Virus record (IMG/VR): IMGVR_UViG_3300032282_001533
Location: 1 to 49,051 of that record
DNA from: a virus
Direction: 5' to 3' (one strand)
DNA length: 49,051 nucleotides
The notes below the pieces were generated by a model. The model saw only the letters and a program-made list of their open reading frames with translations. It searched no databases and was not told the origin of the DNA. The position numbers and the translations under genes were made by a program. Below, in pieces: positions 17,424 through 25,531 of this stretch (positions are counted from its first letter, which is position 1; every line of letters starts with the position of its first letter).

Positions 17424-17490
17424 GCGGTGTGTGATAGCACGATTTGAGATACCCTCTTAGATTATCTGAGCAAAGCAGACCACCGCTCCA
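17424..17490 (+). ncRNA. tRNA-like structure ending in CCA (degenerate tRNA or phage stable RNA)
   Basis: gcggtg/caccgc acceptor-like stem + T + CCA; 7-nt-loop arm ttgag-ataccct-cttag; tctg-agcaaag-caga arm; no canonical TTCRA loop. Confidence 0.5.
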
Positions 17491-17495
17491 GTTTT

Positions 17496-17569
17496 GCGGG
17501 ATTAGTTTAATGGTAAAACTAAAGGTTTCCAACCTTTCGTTGTCAGTTCGATTCTGTCATCCCGCTCCA
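17496..17569 (+). tRNA. tRNA-Gly(TCC), CCA encoded
   Basis: gcgggat/atcccgc, anticodon arm aaagg-tttccaa-ccttt, T loop ttcgatt. Confidence 0.93.
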
Positions 17570-17590
17570 TTATTATTTGAAAGGTAGTTT

Positions 17591-17848
17591 ATGGATTTAC
17601 GGCCATTAAATGACAAAATTCTTATTTCCAGAATTGCGGGAGAAAAAACCACTTCTGCTGGAATTATTCTAAAAACCTCCGATGGTCCAGATAAAGCATT
17701 GGTTGAATCAGTTGGACCTAAGGTAGATGAGGTTTCTGTTGGTGATGTGGTGCTTGTCAACTGGAATGGTGCAGTACCCGTTTCAGGTAAAGAAACAGAA
17801 AAAGAATATTATGTTATTGCCATTGAGCATGTAATTTTGATTTTTTAA
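17591..17848 (+). CDS. groES: Co-chaperonin GroES (Cpn10)
   Basis: DLRPLNDKILISRIAGEKTTSAGIILKTSDG..VVLVNWNGAVPV. Confidence 0.88.
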   Translation: MDLRPLNDKILISRIAGEKTTSAGIILKTSDGPDKALVESVGPKVDEVSVGDVVLVNWNGAVPVSGKETEKEYYVIAIEHVILIF

Positions 17849-17853
17849 ACAGT

Positions 17854-17928
17854 AGCGGAGTAGCTCAGAGGTAGAGCATTGGACTCATAATCCAGGGGCC
17901 GTAGGTTCGATTCCTTCCTCCGCAACCA
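17854..17928 (+). tRNA. tRNA-Met(CAT), initiator-like features (1:72 mismatch), CCA encoded
   Basis: agcggag/ctccgca with A1:A72 unpaired, D arm gctc/gagc, anticodon arm ttgga-ctcataa-tccag. Confidence 0.88.
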
Positions 17929-17941
17929 ACAAGGAGATAAT

Positions 17942-18064
17942 ATGACCGAACAAAAGAAACCACCGGTATCACCAAAACCAAATCAAAAAGTTCCAACACA
18001 AAAACCAAAACAAAACTTCATTCCTAAAATGACAGTTCAACGCAAAGCTGGTAGGGGAAGATGA
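17942..18064 (+). CDS. 40-aa Pro/Lys/Gln-rich hypothetical
   Basis: MTEQKKPPVSPKPNQKVPTQKPKQNFIPKMTVQRKAGRGR, preceded by AAGGAGATAAT. Confidence 0.6.
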   Translation: MTEQKKPPVSPKPNQKVPTQKPKQNFIPKMTVQRKAGRGR

Positions 18065-18162
18065 GTGATCCTGTAAAAGAACAAGATGACAAAAATTTGG
18101 ATGACGAATTCAAACGAATTGAAGAAGAACAAAAACTAAAAGAAAAACAAACCAATAATTAA
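18061..18162 (+). CDS. 33-aa hypothetical
   Basis: MSDPVKEQDDKNLDDEFKRIEEEQKLKEKQTNN, ATGA-coupled. Confidence 0.5.
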   Translation: MSDPVKEQDDKNLDDEFKRIEEEQKLKEKQTNN

Positions 18163-18248
18163 TGGTGTTTTGCTAAAACTTCTAGTGCCATTATTACAAG
18201 TGCGCCAATTAAACATACAGCAAAAATCAATTGAGGTAATTTATTCAT
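18159..18248 (-). CDS. 29-aa single-TM micropeptide
   Basis: MNKLPQLIFAVCLIGALVIMALEVLAKHH, preceded by GGAGACGAAAAGCT. Confidence 0.5.
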   Translation of the reverse strand: MNKLPQLIFAVCLIGALVIMALEVLAKHH

Positions 18249-18265
18249 AGCTTTTCGTCTCCAAT

Positions 18266-18355
18266 TTATTTAAAAAATGCTCCAGATTCAAATATCATTA
18301 ACACTAAACAAAGAATCAATACGGACACAAATATAAAAGGTTGCGGCCCCTTCAT
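18266..18355 (-). CDS. 29-aa single-TM micropeptide
   Basis: MKGPQPFIFVSVLILCLVLMIFESGAFFK, ATGA overlap with upstream minus-strand gene. Confidence 0.5.
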   Translation of the reverse strand: MKGPQPFIFVSVLILCLVLMIFESGAFFK

Positions 18356-18792
18356 TTATATAACTTGAAAAAATAGGTTATTAATGCTGAAGCGGTCATG
18401 CACCACCAAAAAAGTTGTTGTATCTTTTGGCGGTCTTTGTCCATGTATTTTTCTTCTTCTTTTCTTTCTCTTTCTAATTTTGCTTTAGTGGCTTCAACTT
18501 CAGACCAAGCATTTCTACCATATTTCTTTAAAGCCTGTTGTTTGAGTAATTCTAATTCTTTTAATCGAGCAACTTCTTTTTCATAGGCCTCAAAAGCTCT
18601 ATAATCTGCCATATTTTCAAGATGTTTTTCTTTGGCTTTTGCTTGTAATCTTTGGATGTGCTGCTGTTGGACGGCTCGTTCCAATTCGGCTTGTTGGTCG
18701 CCAACCACGGCCCCCAGTTGTTTACCAACGTTTTGAGCACCTTTTAATGAGTTGGCGGCCGCTTGGCCACCAGCTAAGAATGGATCCGACAT
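18352..18792 (-). CDS. Coiled-coil protein with C-terminal TM segment
   Basis: MSDPFLAGGQAAANSLKGAQNVGKQLG..QLFWWCMTASALITYFFKLYK. Confidence 0.75.
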   Translation of the reverse strand: MSDPFLAGGQAAANSLKGAQNVGKQLGAVVGDQQAELERAVQQQHIQRLQAKAKEKHLENMADYRAFEAYEKEVARLKELELLKQQALKKYGRNAWSEVEATKAKLERERKEEEKYMDKDRQKIQQLFWWCMTASALITYFFKLYK

Positions 18793-18812
18793 TTAAATAT
18801 ACCGTTTAGTTA

Positions 18813-18842
18813 TTGACAGGAAAGATAAAAAAATAGTATACT
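18813..18842 (+). promoter_or_regulatory. Sigma70-type promoter TTGACA-N18-TATACT
   Basis: TTGACA 18813-18818, TATACT 18837-18842; same architecture as 8780-8809. Confidence 0.8.
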
Positions 18843-18887
18843 AGTGTTCAAATCAGTTATTGGTATTTATACAAAAAGGAAAATAAT

Positions 18888-19199
18888 ATGGAAGTAATTG
18901 CACTTAAATTAGTCACCGGAGAAGATGTTTTGGGTGAGATTGAATCTCAATCAGAAACGGAGTATGTTTTGGTTAATCCTGTTGGTATTGCTGTGGTTCG
19001 TGGTAAAGATGGTAATCCTAACATTGGATTCTCACCATTTCCTATTCATGGTGAACAAAAAACTGATGCCACCATTTGCCTTGCAAAGAAAAATATAGTA
19101 TACTCCTATACTCCAGCAGAAGATTTCATTACAAATTATAAGTCAATCTTTGGTGCTGGTATTATTGTTCCACCACAAAAACAACTAATTACAGGTTAA
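18888..19199 (+). CDS. Small Sm/Lsm-like conserved phage protein upstream of gp43
   Basis: MEVIALKLVTGEDVLGEIESQSETEYVLVNPVGIAVV; preceded by AAAAAGGA. Confidence 0.55.
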   Translation: MEVIALKLVTGEDVLGEIESQSETEYVLVNPVGIAVVRGKDGNPNIGFSPFPIHGEQKTDATICLAKKNIVYSYTPAEDFITNYKSIFGAGIIVPPQKQLITG

Positions 19200-19200
19200 A

Positions 19201-21738
19201 TTGAGTTCATTCTATACTAATGTACAATGCTTTGGTAGTAACATCCTCTACCGAGGCATTCTTGATGGTCAAAGAGTAAAACAAAAGATTGAGTATTCTC
19301 CATCTTTGTTTTTGCCATCCAAAAAAATTACAAACTTCACCACACTTGAGGGTGATTATCTCGACCAAAAAGTTTTTGGTACCACAAAAGAAGCAAGAGA
19401 TTTTATTAAACAATTTGACGGTGTTGCCAATGCACCTAAGATTTATGGTCAAACTCGTTTTGAATATGCGTTTATTGCCGACCAGCATAAAGGCATGGTT
19501 GATTATGACCAAGACAAAGTTCTGATTGCCGTAGTCGATATTGAGGTGGGTTCAGAAAATGGATTTCCTGATCCCTACAAAGCAGAAGAACCAATTACCG
19601 CTATTGCTATTAAGTATATTAATGGCGACATCTATGTGTTTGGTTGTGGTGATTATGTGACACAAGATAAAGAAATCTATGTAAAATGTAAAAATGAATA
19701 TTCTTTGTGTAAACAATTTATGGCATTGTGGACAGGTAAATGTCCTGATATTATTACTGGTTGGAACACCAAGTTTTTTGATATACCATATCTTGTCAAT
19801 CGTTTTCGTAAAATTCTTGGAGAAGATGCGACCAAGAATTTATCTCCATGGAACTATCTGACGGAACGCAAAGCTATCATCAATGGTCGAGAGATGACAG
19901 AATACTACATGATTGGTGTTGCTTCTCTGGACTACATTGAACTGTACAAATGGTATGCACCAGGTGGCAAGTCACAAGAATCATATCGGTTGGATAACAT
20001 TGCTCAAGTTGAGTTGGGTGAAGGCAAGATTGCATATGATGAATATGATAATCTACACTCCTTGTATCGTCTAAACTATCAGAAGTTTATTGAGTATAAT
20101 ATTAAAGACGTTGAACTCATTATTAAACTTGAAGATAAGTTGAAGTTACTTGAGTTAGGTGTTACTTTGGCGTATGATACCAAATCAAACTTTGAAGATA
20201 TTTTTGCACAAACTCGTATGTGGGATGCCTTGACCAATTCTTATTTGTTAGAAAAGAACATAATTGTACCACCTCGTACAGTTAAACAAAAAGATGGAAT
20301 GTTTGAAGGCGCCTATGTTAAAGTGCCACAAATAGGACTACACAATTGGGTGGCATCATTCGACTTGAACTCTTTGTATCCGCACTTGATGATGCAATAC
20401 AATATTAGTCCAGAAACTTTAATTGAGCCAGAGAATTACACACCAGAAATGCGTGAGATGCTCTCTCAAGGAGTTTCTGTTGATAAGTTATTAGATAAGA
20501 AGGCCATCACCTCGAATTTGTCTAATGCAACGCTGACACCAAACGGACAATTCTTTCGAACCGACATTCAAGGTTTTTTACCTAAGATGATGGAAGAAAT
20601 GTATACTGACCGTTCCAAATTCAAAAAGATGATGTTACAAGCGAAACAGGAATATGAAAATGAAAAAGACCCCAATAAATTATACGAAATTGAAAAGCGA
20701 ATTGCCAAATACAACAACATTCAACTGGCGAAGAAGGTTTCCCTTAATTCTGCTTATGGTGCTCTTGGTAGCCAATATTTCCGTTTTTATGATTTACGAA
20801 TGGCCCTTGGTGTTACTACTGCTGGACAATTAAGTATTCGTTGGATCGAAGCCAAGATTAATGCTTGGATGAATAAAATTTTGGAGACCAAAGATGTTGA
20901 CTATGTTATTGCTTCTGATACTGATTCAATTTACCTACGAATGGGAGAGTTGGTTAATAAATTTATTAAGGACACATCAGATAAACAAAAAGTAATTTCT
21001 CTCATGGATAAAATCTGTGAAGAAAAGCTTCAACCATATATTGATAAATCATACAATGAATTGGCTGAATATGTCCATGCATACGAACAAAAGATGCAGA
21101 TGAAACGAGAAGGTTTGTCGAACAAAGGTATCTGGACTGCCAAGAAACGATACATCTTAAATGTGTATAACAATGAGGGTGTTCAATACAATGAACCACA
21201 AATGAAAGTGATGGGTCTAGAGGTTATTAAGTCCTCAACACCATCCGCAATTCGTGATAAAATGTGGGCCGCCATCCGTTTGATTGTTAATGGCACACAA
21301 GATGATGTTCATGAATTTATTGCCAAATTTAAAGAAGAATTTAAACAGTTACCGGTAGAAGATATTTCTTTTCCTAGAGGACTTAATGGTCTAAATAACT
21401 ATTCGGACTCTTTGTCCTTATATAAAAAAGGAACACCTATCCATGTGAAAGGTGCAATCATTTACAATCACAATTTAAAAAAGATGAATTTGACTAAGAA
21501 GTATCCTCTAATCCAAGAGGGTGAGAAAGTTAAATTTACTTATTTAAAAATGCCTAATCCATTCAAAGATACTGTAATTTCATTCCCTTCTCGTTTTCCC
21601 AAAGAGTTCGATATGCAACAATATATTGATTATGACACACAATTCGAAAAGAGTTTTGTCGAACCTATTAAAGTTATTCTGACTTGTATGGGATGGACAA
21701 CAGAAAAAGTTAGTTCACTAGAGGATTTCTTCTCATGA
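19201..21738 (+). CDS. 43: gp43-like family B DNA polymerase, apparent TTG start
   Basis: VAVVDIEVGSE-type exo region, ASFDLNSLYPHLMMQYNISPETL, LNSAYGALGSQYFRF, ASDTDSIYLRMG. Confidence 0.96.
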   Translation: MSSFYTNVQCFGSNILYRGILDGQRVKQKIEYSPSLFLPSKKITNFTTLEGDYLDQKVFGTTKEARDFIKQFDGVANAPKIYGQTRFEYAFIADQHKGMVDYDQDKVLIAVVDIEVGSENGFPDPYKAEEPITAIAIKYINGDIYVFGCGDYVTQDKEIYVKCKNEYSLCKQFMALWTGKCPDIITGWNTKFFDIPYLVNRFRKILGEDATKNLSPWNYLTERKAIINGREMTEYYMIGVASLDYIELYKWYAPGGKSQESYRLDNIAQVELGEGKIAYDEYDNLHSLYRLNYQKFIEYNIKDVELIIKLEDKLKLLELGVTLAYDTKSNFEDIFAQTRMWDALTNSYLLEKNIIVPPRTVKQKDGMFEGAYVKVPQIGLHNWVASFDLNSLYPHLMMQYNISPETLIEPENYTPEMREMLSQGVSVDKLLDKKAITSNLSNATLTPNGQFFRTDIQGFLPKMMEEMYTDRSKFKKMMLQAKQEYENEKDPNKLYEIEKRIAKYNNIQLAKKVSLNSAYGALGSQYFRFYDLRMALGVTTAGQLSIRWIEAKINAWMNKILETKDVDYVIASDTDSIYLRMGELVNKFIKDTSDKQKVISLMDKICEEKLQPYIDKSYNELAEYVHAYEQKMQMKREGLSNKGIWTAKKRYILNVYNNEGVQYNEPQMKVMGLEVIKSSTPSAIRDKMWAAIRLIVNGTQDDVHEFIAKFKEEFKQLPVEDISFPRGLNGLNNYSDSLSLYKKGTPIHVKGAIIYNHNLKKMNLTKKYPLIQEGEKVKFTYLKMPNPFKDTVISFPSRFPKEFDMQQYIDYDTQFEKSFVEPIKVILTCMGWTTEKVSSLEDFFS

Positions 21739-22787
21739 TATTTTTAACACTACTATCCGCATTATTACTATCAGGTATTGCAGCCTATTATTCCGTTATT
21801 GGTTTGGCTGCAATCTTTACTGGTGCATTTTGGCCAATCGTTTTTATGGGCTCGGTTTTAGAACTAAGCAAATTAGTTACTACATCATGGTTATATCGTA
21901 ATTGGAAAACCTGCCCACTTTTATTAAAATCATATTTGACATTTGCTGTTGTCATTCTAATGATTATTACCTCCATGGGTATCTTTGGTTTCTTATCTAA
22001 GGCACATATTGATTCTACAATGGATGCTGGTGCCAATACATTAGAAGTTAAAACTTTGGTACAACAAGAAAAGATTACCAAAGAAAGATTGGATTATTTG
22101 TTGGCTCGTGCCAAGGATCCATCAACGGCAAGTAATAAACTTGATAGACAAATTCAAGATACCCAAAAAGAACTTACCGAAATCAATAAGAAAAAGTTAC
22201 CACTACTCAAAGAGTCCAATAAACTTACCGCAGAAGTTGGACCTATCAAGTATGTTGGTGATATGATTTATGGAGTAGAAGATGAAACTGGATTAGATAA
22301 AGCAGTAAGACTGGTAATCATGTTAATTATGGTTGTATTTGACCCGTTAGCTGTGTTATTATTGATAGCAGCAAATATGTCAATGACGAAACGAAGTGGT
22401 AGACCTATTGTTGAAGATGGTGAGATTACAGGTTTAACTCCTAGTGACATACCGGTATTTACGGATACAGTTAAAACTCCAGAAGAATTTTTTGATAAAG
22501 CCAAAGAAATTTCCAAAAAATTGGATAAAGATAGGGTTGAAATACCCAAAGAAAACATTACCTCATTGGAGGAGAATGTAGAACCAAAACAAGAACAAAT
22601 TATTATTGACGAAGCTTCAGGTGAAAGTATACCACCTTTAACCGTTCACCTAGAATCAGGAGTTTATGAAGAACACCATGACACAGAAACAGTTAAGAAG
22701 TTGGAGCCTAAGTATGATTATGATGAAGAGTTTGCTTTCAAAGAAAAAGAAGAAAAGAAACAAAAATTAGATGGTGGTGACTTTTAA
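21735..22787 (+). CDS. Multi-TM membrane protein with central coiled coil
   Basis: Several hydrophobic segments (e.g. AVVILMIITSMGIFGFL, LVIMLIMVVFDPLAVLLLIA); lies between gp43 and uvsX. Confidence 0.7.
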   Translation: MIFLTLLSALLLSGIAAYYSVIGLAAIFTGAFWPIVFMGSVLELSKLVTTSWLYRNWKTCPLLLKSYLTFAVVILMIITSMGIFGFLSKAHIDSTMDAGANTLEVKTLVQQEKITKERLDYLLARAKDPSTASNKLDRQIQDTQKELTEINKKKLPLLKESNKLTAEVGPIKYVGDMIYGVEDETGLDKAVRLVIMLIMVVFDPLAVLLLIAANMSMTKRSGRPIVEDGEITGLTPSDIPVFTDTVKTPEEFFDKAKEISKKLDKDRVEIPKENITSLEENVEPKQEQIIIDEASGESIPPLTVHLESGVYEEHHDTETVKKLEPKYDYDEEFAFKEKEEKKQKLDGGDF

Positions 22788-22790
22788 AGG

Positions 22791-23876
22791 ATGAATATGA
22801 GTATTTTAGATAAAATTAAAAAGAATAGTAGTATTAAAGAATCAGCAATCTTATCCAAATCAAAATTTTTTACGGATAAAGATATGATACCTACTGCTAT
22901 TCCAATTATTAATGTGGCACTTTCTGGTCGCCTTGATGGTGGTTTAACACCAGGTCTTACAATGTGGGCAGGTCCATCCAAACATTTTAAGACAGCGTTT
23001 TCTTTATTGATGGCCAAATCTTACTTGGACAAATATCCCGATGCTGCGCTTCTATTCTACGATTCGGAGTTTGGTACTCCGCAATCATACTTTGACTCCT
23101 TTGGTATTGATACTAATCGTGTTCTTCATACACCACTTACTGACATAGAACAATTAAAGTTCGATATCATGCAACAGTTAACCAGTTTAGACCGTGATGA
23201 TAAGTTAATTATCATCATTGATTCGATTGGTAACTTGGCATCTAAGAAAGAAGTTGATGATGCACTTGAAGGTAAATCTGTTGCAGATATGTCCCGTGCA
23301 AAACAAGTTAAATCATTATTCAGAATGGTAACCCCACATCTGACAATGAAAGATATTCCAATGATTGTAGTTAATCATACTTACAAAGAGATTGGAATGT
23401 TCCCTAAAGATATCGTTGGTGGTGGCACAGGTTCATATTATTCAGCCGATAACATTTTTATTCTTGGTCGCCAACAAGAAAAAGAAGGAACTGAAGTTGT
23501 AGGTTATAACTTCATTATCAATGTAGAGAAATCCAGATATGTTAAAGAAAAATCTAAAATTCCTGTTTCTGTATCTTTTGATGGTGGTATTAGTAAGTGG
23601 AGTGGCTTACTTGATATTGCTCTCGATGGTGGATTTGTTATTAAACCATCTAATGGTTGGTACTCAAGGGTGGACTCGGCATCTGGTGAGATAGAAGAAA
23701 AGAAATTCCGTATTAAAGATACCGACACTTCTGAATTTTGGTTACCAATTCTCAAAGGTAAAAAATTCCAAGAGTATGTTAAAAACAAATACCAAATTGC
23801 TTCAAGTGCCATTATGCAAGGTAATGTTAGTGAAGCATTTAATGTGGAGACAATGAACGGAGTTGAAAATGATTGA
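22791..23876 (+). CDS. uvsX: UvsX-like RecA family recombinase
   Basis: GGLTPGLTMWAGPSKHFKTAFSLLMAKSY, LLFYDSEFGTP, IIIIDSIGNLASKKE. Confidence 0.95.
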   Translation: MNMSILDKIKKNSSIKESAILSKSKFFTDKDMIPTAIPIINVALSGRLDGGLTPGLTMWAGPSKHFKTAFSLLMAKSYLDKYPDAALLFYDSEFGTPQSYFDSFGIDTNRVLHTPLTDIEQLKFDIMQQLTSLDRDDKLIIIIDSIGNLASKKEVDDALEGKSVADMSRAKQVKSLFRMVTPHLTMKDIPMIVVNHTYKEIGMFPKDIVGGGTGSYYSADNIFILGRQQEKEGTEVVGYNFIINVEKSRYVKEKSKIPVSVSFDGGISKWSGLLDIALDGGFVIKPSNGWYSRVDSASGEIEEKKFRIKDTDTSEFWLPILKGKKFQEYVKNKYQIASSAIMQGNVSEAFNVETMNGVEND

Positions 23877-24189
23877 AGGTATTGATTTTTGTTTTATTTA
23901 CCCTAAAGACGATGAAACTGCCGTTCACATCAAACTATTAGATGGACCATATAAAGATACCACTTTTAAATATGGTAAGGTAAAGTTTGAAGAAAAAGAT
24001 GAACTAATGTATTTACTTTTTGGTTATGATGTGATAGAATCCAAAGTTGATAAACCAAAAAAGTTGGAAAAAGATGGCAAGTTTAAGAACTATATCGGTG
24101 ACTTACTTGTTGAGATTATGTCATCTAACATTGAGCAGGAAATAATTGATGAAACTGGAACAAGCGATATTGAAGAACCTCGTCTATAA
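23869..24189 (+). CDS. Conserved hypothetical between uvsX and 41
   Basis: ORF overlapping both neighbours. Confidence 0.7.
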   Translation: MIEGIDFCFIYPKDDETAVHIKLLDGPYKDTTFKYGKVKFEEKDELMYLLFGYDVIESKVDKPKKLEKDGKFKNYIGDLLVEIMSSNIEQEIIDETGTSDIEEPRL

Positions 24190-25531
24190 CGAGGACTATT
24201 TAAGAAAAGTATTACCCTTTATAAAATCAGAATATTTTTCGGACAGAACCGAGAAAACATTATTTGATGAAATTACATCATTCACGGAAACTTACAATTC
24301 TACACCAACGCCTGAGGCACTTAGTATTGCCATCAAAGAGAAGAACACTCTTACAGATGACGAAGTTAAGAAGTGTGAAAATTATATCTCGGAAATTGAG
24401 GCTAATCGCCAAACAGAAACCGAGATTCAATGGCTTATTGACAAGACGGAAAAATTTTGCCAAGAGAAGGCGATTTACAATGGTGTATTACGGGCTATTT
24501 CAATTCTCGATGGTAAGGACAAAAGTCACGACAAAGGTGCGATTCCCTCTATATTATCGGACGCCTTGGCCGTTTCATTTGATACAACGGTCGGCCACGA
24601 CTACTTAGAAAACTCCGATGAACGATTTGAATTCTATCACAGGAAAGAAGAACGAATCCCGTTTGATTTGGAATGTTTCAACAAAATTACAAAAGGTGGA
24701 CTCCCAGCAAAAACTCTTAATATTGCTCTTGCTGGTACTGGCGTGGGTAAATCTTTGTTTATGTGTCACGTTGCAGCTGGTGCTATGGTTCAAGGAAAAA
24801 ATGTCCTCTACATCACCTTGGAAATGGCTGAAGAAAAGATTGCAGAAAGAATAGATGCAAACTTATTGAATGTAACACTTGATGATTTGATTGACTTACC
24901 AAAAGACATGTATGATAAGAAAGTTGCCAGAGTTCGTGAGAAGTGTACTGGTAAACTTATCATTAAAGAATACCCAACTGCTTCTGCTTCCGTAACTCAT
25001 TTTAGGACTTTATTAAATGAACTTAATCTCAAAAGGTCTTTCGTGCCTGACATTATTTTCGTGGATTATCTTAATATCTGCTGTTCTTCTCGTATCAAGG
25101 CTGGTGCGAATATTAACTCTTACACCTATGTTAAGTCCATCGCAGAAGAACTTAGGGGTCTTGCGGTTGAATGTAATGTTCCTATTGTATCTGCTACTCA
25201 AACTACCAGAAGCGGATTCACATCGTCTGATCCAGGATTGGAGGATACGAGTGAGAGTTTCGGGTTGCCTGCAACCGCCGACTTAATGTTTGCGTTAATT
25301 TCATCTGAAGATTTGGAAGCCATGGGACAAATCATGGTAAAACAATTAAAGAACAGATATAATGACCCATCATATTACAAACGATTTACTGTTGGTGTTG
25401 ATAGATCAAAGATGAAACTTTATGATGTAGAACAATCTGCACAACAAGGTATTGCTGATGCTGGACATCAAGGTATTGGCGCCAATAATAAAATTAAACA
25501 TGAAAAGAAATTTGAAGGTTTTAAAGTATGA
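24149..25531 (+). CDS. 41: gp41-like replicative DNA helicase (DnaB family)
   Basis: AGTGVGKSLFMCHVAAG, VLYITLEMAEEKIAERIDANLL, IIFVDYLNIC, VSATQTTRSG. Confidence 0.95.
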   Translation: MKLEQAILKNLVYNEDYLRKVLPFIKSEYFSDRTEKTLFDEITSFTETYNSTPTPEALSIAIKEKNTLTDDEVKKCENYISEIEANRQTETEIQWLIDKTEKFCQEKAIYNGVLRAISILDGKDKSHDKGAIPSILSDALAVSFDTTVGHDYLENSDERFEFYHRKEERIPFDLECFNKITKGGLPAKTLNIALAGTGVGKSLFMCHVAAGAMVQGKNVLYITLEMAEEKIAERIDANLLNVTLDDLIDLPKDMYDKKVARVREKCTGKLIIKEYPTASASVTHFRTLLNELNLKRSFVPDIIFVDYLNICCSSRIKAGANINSYTYVKSIAEELRGLAVECNVPIVSATQTTRSGFTSSDPGLEDTSESFGLPATADLMFALISSEDLEAMGQIMVKQLKNRYNDPSYYKRFTVGVDRSKMKLYDVEQSAQQGIADAGHQGIGANNKIKHEKKFEGFKV

